NCBI GenBank assembly: GCA_963740085.1
Contig: CAVUCU010000001.1
Span: 32,001 to 96,000, forward strand
Origin: Nitrospirota bacterium
GTDB lineage: Bacteria > Nitrospirota > UBA9217
Reading direction: 5' to 3'
DNA: 64,000 nt
This document shows positions 57,173 to 64,000 of this stretch, piece by piece. The notes beneath the pieces are model-generated. The model worked only from the letters and a program-made list of their open reading frames with translations. It was not told where the DNA came from and made no database searches. The position numbers were made by a program, and so were the translations under genes. Positions within the stretch are counted from its first letter, which is position 1. Each line of letters begins with the position of its first letter.

Positions 57173-59158
57173 TCATAGTGCCACCTTCAAAGATCGAAGT
57201 ATCCAATTCATCACCCCTCCCACACCAAAAGCAAAGGGGAATATGAATGCCAGCATAAACAACGCGGTCTTCATTCCCCGCTCCTTAACCATCATGAAAA
57301 AGTTCGCTATACAGGGAACGAACAACGTCATCACCGTAAGACTCACCACGATCTGTATCGGATCGAGCAGGCCTTCTTTGGCAAGCATAAAGAGGCCGGC
57401 TGCTCCGTAATCCCGGCGCAGAAAACCGATCACAAAGGCCTCGGCCGCCCTGCTCGGCAGACCAAGGAAATTGACGACGATCGGATCGGTCAACTTTTGG
57501 ATATAAGCCAGCGCCCCTATCTTGTGACCGATGAAAAGGATGAACGTACCCAGGATAAAGAGCGGCACCGCCTCCTTCAAATACCACTGCACACGTGCAG
57601 CGGTCTTGACCAGGATGTTCGCGAGCTGCGGCACACGGATCGGCGGCAATTCGAGAACAAAGTCCGACGGTTCGCCGGGTATGACCTTTGCCGCAAGATA
57701 TCCAACGAGAAGCATGACGGCTATAAGTGTTCCGAGCCAGATGACCGTTGCAAGGGCCGAAAGCCCCGCAACCAGACCAAGGATCACTCCCAGTTGAGCT
57801 GAGCAGGGAACTCCGAGCGCCAGGAGAAGCGTTACCAGTATCCTTTCTTTTTTTGTCTCCAGGATGCGGGTCGTAAGCGTTGCCATGGTATCACACCCCA
57901 GCCCGAGGATCATCGGGAGCACCGCTTTGCCATTCAGGCCCATGATCTTGAAAACCTTGTTCACCATGACCGCCAGTCTTGGCAAATACCCTGAGTCCTC
58001 GAGCAATCCAAAGGCGATGAAAAAGAAACTAACGATCGGCAAAACGATTGCAATGGAATAGGTGAGCGCCATGGTCACCAGGCCATACTCTCCGACAATA
58101 AGCTCCTGCAAAAAAGGTATCGGGAAAATAAAGTCTACGATCTTTATCGCCCACGGGTTCAGGTATTCGCCAAAGACGGTCTTCTCCAGAAAGTTGACAG
58201 CCGTACCGGCGCCGAGAACGCCAACGAACTGATAGACCACATAGAGCACGGCAAGCAGGATCGGCAACCCATAGACCGGATGCATGGACCACTTGCCGAT
58301 GTAGAACGCGATAGTGGAGCCTTTTCCGGCCTCGTGCAGACTCGTCACCTGCGCCAGGATCTCGTCAGCCTTTCTAATTCGTCGCTGGTTGATCAGATAA
58401 CCGAGAGAGTTGTTGAATTTCGACTGCACCCCCTGTCGGATCTTTTCGATATCCGCGATCACGTGGTCCTGAAGGTTCGCATGAAGCCATCCCTTGAGAC
58501 TCTCGTCCCCTGCAAGGACCATGAGTGCGAGCGCCCGACGGGAGATATTCGCTTCCGGCAGCAACGCGGCTATGTCCCTGATCCCGCCTTCGATCGTATC
58601 ATCGTACCGTACCTCGATGCCGGACGGCCGGGGATGTTGAATGCCTTTCAACAGCCTGTCGATGCCGCTCCTCCGGATGGCGACGGTCTTTACCACTTCA
58701 ATGCCGAGGATTGTTGAGAGCGTCTCTTGATTGATGACGATACCGCGGCTCCTGGCCTCATCGTCCATATTGAGGTCGAGGATAAAGGGTACCCCCATCT
58801 CCGCAAGCTGGAGGGTTATCAAAAGACCTCTCCGCAAGTTCTTGGTATCAGCGACCTGGACAATTACATCGGCCCGGTCCGAGAGCAGCATGTCCCGTGT
58901 CACCTTCTCGTCCTCTGACATGGGAACCAGGCTGTTCACGCCGGGAGTGTCTATCACCAGGGCCTTTGTTTTATTCAGGACCGCATTCCCGTAGGTAACC
59001 TCCACGGTGGTGCCCGGATAGTTGGATACGGTGACGTAGGTCCCCGTCAGGAGACCGAAAAGCGCGCTCTTGCCGACATTTGGATTGCCGATCAAGAGGA
59101 CTTTATGTAACGAAGAGTCGCGATAACGATTCTCATCACTTGAACCATGATCGTGCAC
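57173..59158 (-). CDS. feoB: Ferrous iron transporter FeoB
   Basis: GNPNVGKS, NYPGTTV, DTPG, LEDSGYLPR, PCSAQ, FVLELPP. Confidence 0.96.
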   Translation of the reverse strand: MHDHGSSDENRYRDSSLHKVLLIGNPNVGKSALFGLLTGTYVTVSNYPGTTVEVTYGNAVLNKTKALVIDTPGVNSLVPMSEDEKVTRDMLLSDRADVIVQVADTKNLRRGLLITLQLAEMGVPFILDLNMDDEARSRGIVINQETLSTILGIEVVKTVAIRRSGIDRLLKGIQHPRPSGIEVRYDDTIEGGIRDIAALLPEANISRRALALMVLAGDESLKGWLHANLQDHVIADIEKIRQGVQSKFNNSLGYLINQRRIRKADEILAQVTSLHEAGKGSTIAFYIGKWSMHPVYGLPILLAVLYVVYQFVGVLGAGTAVNFLEKTVFGEYLNPWAIKIVDFIFPIPFLQELIVGEYGLVTMALTYSIAIVLPIVSFFFIAFGLLEDSGYLPRLAVMVNKVFKIMGLNGKAVLPMILGLGCDTMATLTTRILETKKERILVTLLLALGVPCSAQLGVILGLVAGLSALATVIWLGTLIAVMLLVGYLAAKVIPGEPSDFVLELPPIRVPQLANILVKTAARVQWYLKEAVPLFILGTFILFIGHKIGALAYIQKLTDPIVVNFLGLPSRAAEAFVIGFLRRDYGAAGLFMLAKEGLLDPIQIVVSLTVMTLFVPCIANFFMMVKERGMKTALFMLAFIFPFAFGVGGVMNWILRSLKVAL

Positions 59159-59220
59159 TAAATGAACATCCTCACTTTCAAGACCATTTTCAGACTCCCT
59201 GCTCTCAATTCCAGCCCTTT

Positions 59221-59276
59221 ACTCCTCACGCCTCACTCCTGGCTTCTGGCTCCTGGCTTCTGGCTCCTGACTCCTT
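59221..59276. repeat. Eight-unit heptamer array spanning the fur stop codon
   Basis: ACTCCTC ACGCCTC ACTCCTG GCTTCTG GCTCCTG GCTTCTG GCTCCTG ACTCCTT. Confidence 0.88.
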
Positions 59277-59712
59277 TTTCCTTCCCCTGGCATATCTCGC
59301 ACAAGCCATACAGCTCCAGCTTATGGTTCTGAACCTTGAAGCGGTTCTCTCTCGCTACGTCCTGCTGGAGCGATTCGATTCGCTCGTTTGCGAACTCAAT
59401 GATGGCGCCGCATTGCGTGCAGATAAGATGATCGTGGTGCGCGTCGGGGGTTGCGTGCTCATAACGGGTAAACCCATCCTCGAACCGCCGCTCCTGGGCA
59501 AGCCCCGCTTCGGCCAGCAGTTTGAGCGTCCGGTACACCGTGGCAAAGCCGATACCGGGGTGCGACTTTCTCACGCGGGCATACAGCTCTTCGGCGCTCA
59601 GGTGCCGGCCGGCTTTGACAAAGATATCCAGGATCTTGTCCCGCTGGCTGGTTGATTTTAACCCCTGATCGACGAGGTATTCGCTCAGATGTTCAATCGG
59701 CTTTTTTTGCAT
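59233..59712 (-). CDS. fur: Ferric uptake regulator Fur
   Basis: TSQR, HLSAEELY, ATVYRTLKLL, HHDHLICTQCG, LYGLCEIC. Confidence 0.95.
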   Translation of the reverse strand: MQKKPIEHLSEYLVDQGLKSTSQRDKILDIFVKAGRHLSAEELYARVRKSHPGIGFATVYRTLKLLAEAGLAQERRFEDGFTRYEHATPDAHHDHLICTQCGAIIEFANERIESLQQDVARENRFKVQNHKLELYGLCEICQGKEKGVRSQKPGARSQE

Positions 59713-59721
59713 AATATGATT

Positions 59722-59776
59722 TTGATAACCATTTTCAATATGTAGCTTTATACCATGGGGTGAAAGAGCCTGTCAA
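59722..59776 (-). promoter_or_regulatory. fur-feoB promoter and Fur box
   Basis: TTGACA-18 nt-TATAAA (59776-59747); TTGAAAATGGTTATCAA (59738-59722) just downstream. Confidence 0.75.
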
Positions 59777-59938
59777 CAGGTTTTCAAACAATCGAAAGGA
59801 TTTGTTGACCCTGTTCGTGTTTATTCTGTCTCGCTGCAGAATCCGACTTCCCATGGCCGTCAATTTGTGGTAGACTTAATACAAAATATCGGCAAGGTCA
59901 GAGTATCTGTGGCAAGCATGACAATGAAGGGGGTAGCT

Positions 59939-60600
59939 ATGAAACGGACGTTCTTTGCAGCAGTAATGGTGTTCTTGATCCTGTCCCTGACAGGATGTGG
60001 TCACGATCACAACAATTCAACCCAGATAATTAGCACATCTATCCTCAGTGATCCGGCGTTTGACGGCGATATTGAACAATACCGCGACTACTTCTCTCGA
60101 TTATCACGATAGCTCGGAGGCACACTGCAAAGTGTGTTTGCCGGTATACGATCCTGCTAACAAACACGGAATATCCGTGCATTCCTGGACTTCCCCTTGA
60201 GCTGAGCGTCCCGTTGAATGCAATCATTGATTCGGCGTTCCTCGATATTGTGATCAATAACATTGATCTTCAATCGGCGATCAGGACGATTCCCATTCGT
60301 ATCGACCTTGTTGAAATTCAATCGCCGACATTGACGTCGAGTGATTATGACCGGACTTCCCAGCCGGCGTTGCAACCATCACGATCAACCTCCGATTTCC
60401 CAAGCTGATTATCGGTCACACATGTATCCGTTGATGTGACTTCATTGATGACGGAGGCGCAGAATTTGGGACTGACTGATTTCCAGATTCGAATATTAGA
60501 GGATCTCGGGCCAGTCACCCCCGGGATTATCGAGATCAACGACACCACAGGTGCGTATCGAAGCGATCTTGCACCTCTGTTGCAAGTCAACTATTTCTAA
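59939..60600 (+). pseudogene. Hypothetical lipoprotein with several frameshifts (pseudogene or assembly error)
   Basis: Lipobox LTGC; ILSDPAFDGDI; further segments in other frames (RAFLDFPL, NAIIDSAFLDI, VDVTSLMTEAQ...APLLQVNYF*). Confidence 0.65.
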
Positions 60601-60690
60601 GACGTGTTATCCTTATCGGGAACAGACAGATTTTATGGATAAGAGCGATCAGCGAATATATTCCTTTTTGTTTCCGTTTCTGCCTGAATT

Positions 60691-61749
60691 CTATTTCACT
60701 TTTCCGGCTTCACCCTTTCCCTCCGTCGTCGCCGGCCGTCGACCTTTTTTCTGTCTCTCGACCATCCACCCCGGATACTCCGAAGGCAGCGCGCTCGCAC
60801 TGTCAAGCTGGGCCACATGCTCGGGAGCAAGTTGTACGTCACTTGCGCCGAGGTTATCGATAAGCTGCTCCCGCGTCTTCGCCCCGATGATAACGCTGGT
60901 GACAAAGGGCCGCGTCAAAAGCCAGGAGAGCGCCACCTGCGCAACCGAGATGCCCATGGACGCGGAAACAACGCGCATTGCCGCAAGCACGATCCTCGTG
61001 CGCTCACGGTCAACCGGTGGAAAATCGTATGTGGTCCGCCGTGCGCCTTCCGGCCCTGCTTTATCCATGTCGAACTTGCCCGAAAGCAGTCCTCCCGCGA
61101 GCGGACTCCAGGGGAGTACGGCGAGGCCCTGGTCCTTCACCAGCGGGACCACCTCGCGCTCGATATCGCGGCCTGCGATCGTGTAGTACATCTGCGCGCT
61201 TACAAACCGCGGGAGCTCGTGTGCGTCCGCGTATGCCAGCGCCTTCATGGCCTGCCAGGCCGTCAGGTTGCAGTAACCGACGTAGCGCGCCTTTCCCGCG
61301 CGCACCACGTCACCGAGTGCGCGTACCGTCTCATCTATGGGCGTTTCACTGTCAAATCCGTGGATCTGATAAAGGTCGACGAAATCCATTTTCAAACGCC
61401 CCAGACTCGCGTCGATCGAATCAAGGATGTGCTTGCGTGACAACCCCACCTGGTTCGGCCCCGGGCCCACCCGTCCGCGCACCTTGGTCGCCACAATGAC
61501 CTGATCGCGCGGACGCCCGAGCGCAGCAAGGGCCGCGCCAACGTGCTTTTCCGACTCACCTTCGGAGTAAACGTCGGCGGTGTCGATAAAGTTCACGCCC
61601 GCGTCGAGCGCCGTTCCTATGAGCGCCTCGGACTCCGACATCGTCAGCTTTCCGATCACCTCCCAGAACCCTTTTCCTCCGAATGTCATTGTTCCAAGAC
61701 ACATCTCAGAGACAAACAAACCTGTTTTTCCTAATGGACGATAGCGCAT
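60691..61749 (-). CDS. Aldo/keto reductase
   Basis: LGTMTFG, DTADVYS, ATKV, DLYQIH, WSPLAGGLLSGK. Confidence 0.96.
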   Translation of the reverse strand: MRYRPLGKTGLFVSEMCLGTMTFGGKGFWEVIGKLTMSESEALIGTALDAGVNFIDTADVYSEGESEKHVGAALAALGRPRDQVIVATKVRGRVGPGPNQVGLSRKHILDSIDASLGRLKMDFVDLYQIHGFDSETPIDETVRALGDVVRAGKARYVGYCNLTAWQAMKALAYADAHELPRFVSAQMYYTIAGRDIEREVVPLVKDQGLAVLPWSPLAGGLLSGKFDMDKAGPEGARRTTYDFPPVDRERTRIVLAAMRVVSASMGISVAQVALSWLLTRPFVTSVIIGAKTREQLIDNLGASDVQLAPEHVAQLDSASALPSEYPGWMVERQKKGRRPATTEGKGEAGKVK

Positions 61750-61955
61750 GGTTTTCTCCTCAAGTGTAATATCCTGGCAGGCTCTCTCTTAGAAGTTTAG
61801 CACGGGGTGTGGGACAAGTCTGCGATGACGCATTAATTCGTCATGCGTGTAAAAACGGGCATCAAGCAGAATTCAGGCAATCCTGAATCCCCACCTGTGG
61901 AGAAATGACGCGGATGAGGTAAATAGTATTTCACTGAAAGCAAGCATCCCGGGCT

Positions 61956-64000
61956 TCAGGTGCTGCTGCCTCCCAAAACCTGTTGCAATGTCTCGCCGAG
62001 TTCGGACGGTTTATAGGGCTTCCTGACAACACCGACAAAACCGAAGTCCCTGAAGTTGGCCATTGCCTGATCCTGTGAATATCCGCTCGATACAATCGCC
62101 TTTACATCGGGATCAATTTTACGAAGCCTCTCCATTGTTTCTTTGCCTCCCATCCCCCCTGGCATGGTCAGGTCCATGATAACGGCATGAAAAGGATTTG
62201 CTGTTTGCCGGGCCTGTATATACCTCTTGATCGCCTCATTTCCGTCGCTCGCGTAATCGGCCTCGTATCCCATGGCTCTGAGCATTTCACCGGCAACGTT
62301 CCGCACGATCTCTTCATCGTCCACAACCAGTATCCTTCCTCTGCCTTTCATGAGCTTCTCTGCCTTTGTCTTCGCTTCCGCATTTTCCCTTTCAAGAGCG
62401 GGCAGATACATATGAAACGTCGTCCCCGACCCCAACGCTGATTCAACGGTCATACGTCCGTCATGCCTTTGAACGATGGAGTAAGCACTTGCAAGCCCGA
62501 GACCGCTTCCTTTCTGCTTGGTGGTAAAATAGGGATCGAATATCTTGTTGAGATGCTCTTCACGGATTCCGCTTCCCCGGTCCTGGAAGTCTATTTTCAC
62601 ATACCTGCCGGCTTGCAGTAATAACGTATTTCCCGGTTCGAGCGTCACATTCTCACACAAGATCGTAATGGTACCTCCCTCCGGCATGGCCTGATCGGCA
62701 TTGATAATAAGGTTATTGATGACCTGGCTGATCTGACCTGAATCAACCTCAGCAGGCAGAAGGGGCCCGGCAATCTTGTAGATACATTTCACATCGGAAC
62801 CGCTCAGCGAAAAGGAAGCAGTCTCCTTGATCAACTCCCCGATGTTCACGGCCGTCTTGACAGGAGCCCCGCCCCGGGAGAAGGTGAGCAATTGCCGGGT
62901 CAAGTCTCTCGATCTCAGGGAAGCCTTTTCGGCTTCCACCAGCCATGAGTATATCTTGCTCGCAGGTTCGGCCTGCATTTTGGCCAGCGAAATATTGCCG
63001 AGGATCCCCGTCAACAAATTATTAAAATCATGCGCTATGCCGCCCGCAAGGACCCCGAGCGACTCCAGCTTCTCCCTTTTTAAAAACTCTTCTTCCAGCC
63101 TCTTCCGGTCCGTGATATCCCGTACGATGTCCCGTGAGCCGATTGTCTTTCCATCCTTAATGATCGGCGACGAACTGACCTCAACATCCAGCCAGCGTCC
63201 TTCTCTTGTCTTGATCTTGCCGACGAACTTATCATAGGATTCCTGATTCTTTAATTTTATAAATTCTTTTTCCGATTTCGGCTTTTGTTCCGGCGGGATG
63301 ATATCCAGGATGTTCATGTTCATCAGCTCTTCCTTCGAATACCCGAACAATTCGACCGCTTTTTTGTTCACATCGATATAATTCAGATCAGCATCTACAA
63401 TGAATATTGCATCATTCGCATTTTCAAAAAGATCCCGGTATTTTTCCTCGGATTCTCTCCGTGCTTTTTCCGCGTATGCACGTTCGGTGATATCCTCCCC
63501 GGAACTGAGGCTTCCGACTATGTTGTTTGCCTCATCTCTCAGGAGCGTGTTATGCCATGCGATCATCCTCTGTCGGCCGCTTTTGGTCATGACAGCGTTC
63601 TCATATGTTTCAATCTGCCCGGTTCTTCTGGTCATCAACTCTTTAAAACCGGCCCTGACTTCCTCCCTTTTCTCATCCGGGATGAACACATCGAACCAGT
63701 TTCTGCCGATGACCTCCTGTTCGCCGTACCCTAATATCTCACATCCCTTTTTATTGATAAGCATTACTTTTTCATCGGCATCAATGGCAAGCATGATGAC
63801 CCCTGCGACATTCAGATATTTCCGGACCTTGTCCCTCTCATATCTGAGCAATTCTGCCGCCTTTTTATTTTCAGCGATCTCCTGTTCCAGGTCACGGTTC
63901 ATCTCGACCAGGGCCCCCGTTCGCTCCTTGACCATCATATCGAGTTTATCGCGGGAATTGATCAGTTCTTCCTTCGATTCAAGATCGAAGATATCCAATA
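61956..64000 (-). CDS. PAS-domain hybrid sensor histidine kinase/response regulator, 5' end outside the window
   Basis: Two PAS domains, GGIAHDFNNLL, FDPYFTTK..GSGLGL, receiver ILVVDDE..MDLTMPGG. Confidence 0.95.
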   Translation of the reverse strand, partial: LDIFDLESKEELINSRDKLDMMVKERTGALVEMNRDLEQEIAENKKAAELLRYERDKVRKYLNVAGVIMLAIDADEKVMLINKKGCEILGYGEQEVIGRNWFDVFIPDEKREEVRAGFKELMTRRTGQIETYENAVMTKSGRQRMIAWHNTLLRDEANNIVGSLSSGEDITERAYAEKARRESEEKYRDLFENANDAIFIVDADLNYIDVNKKAVELFGYSKEELMNMNILDIIPPEQKPKSEKEFIKLKNQESYDKFVGKIKTREGRWLDVEVSSSPIIKDGKTIGSRDIVRDITDRKRLEEEFLKREKLESLGVLAGGIAHDFNNLLTGILGNISLAKMQAEPASKIYSWLVEAEKASLRSRDLTRQLLTFSRGGAPVKTAVNIGELIKETASFSLSGSDVKCIYKIAGPLLPAEVDSGQISQVINNLIINADQAMPEGGTITILCENVTLEPGNTLLLQAGRYVKIDFQDRGSGIREEHLNKIFDPYFTTKQKGSGLGLASAYSIVQRHDGRMTVESALGSGTTFHMYLPALERENAEAKTKAEKLMKGRGRILVVDDEEIVRNVAGEMLRAMGYEADYASDGNEAIKRYIQARQTANPFHAVIMDLTMPGGMGGKETMERLRKIDPDVKAIVSSGYSQDQAMANFRDFGFVGVVRKPYKPSELGETLQQVLGGSST

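Noticed and set aside
61750-61955. Riboswitch upstream of the aldo/keto reductase
   Set aside because: Only a short hairpin (ATGACG/CGTCAT) was seen, with no recognisable aptamer consensus; an Rfam scan would be needed.

Overview
Bacterial chromosomal window, about 55% GC, standard code (UGA is used as a stop). Gene content suggests an anaerobic or microaerophilic Nitrospirota- or Desulfobacterota-like organism (inference). In order: the rimP-nusA-ylxR/L7Ae-infB-DUF503-rbfA-nrnA-truB-rpsO-pnp operon; HU, Smr, RidA, rel, recJ, tatA, mobA; a partly decayed selenium-associated locus (LysR, rhodanese, activase remnant, yedF) ending in a non-canonical tRNA with a UCA anticodon, an 8/4 fold and U73 (selC*-like opal suppressor, 16516-16610, minus); a copper-handling operon headed by a leaderless CutF/CruR-like RPP peptide; a MacAB-TolC operon carrying a repeat-flanked four-helix-bundle gene; a putative sphingolipid cluster (spt, ceramide synthase-like GNAT, reductase, Aur1-like PAP2, lipid kinase); CDF, mqnA, TetR-TolC-RND; an Rrf2-led cbb3 oxidase operon; fur-feoB-DtxR/FeoA; an aldo-keto reductase; and a truncated hybrid kinase. 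Degenerate 7-15 nt tandem arrays, often in inverted pairs, occupy many gene junctions and have entered recJ, ccoI and fur in frame. Clusters of single-base frameshifts (36-38 kb, about 60 kb) look like assembly errors.
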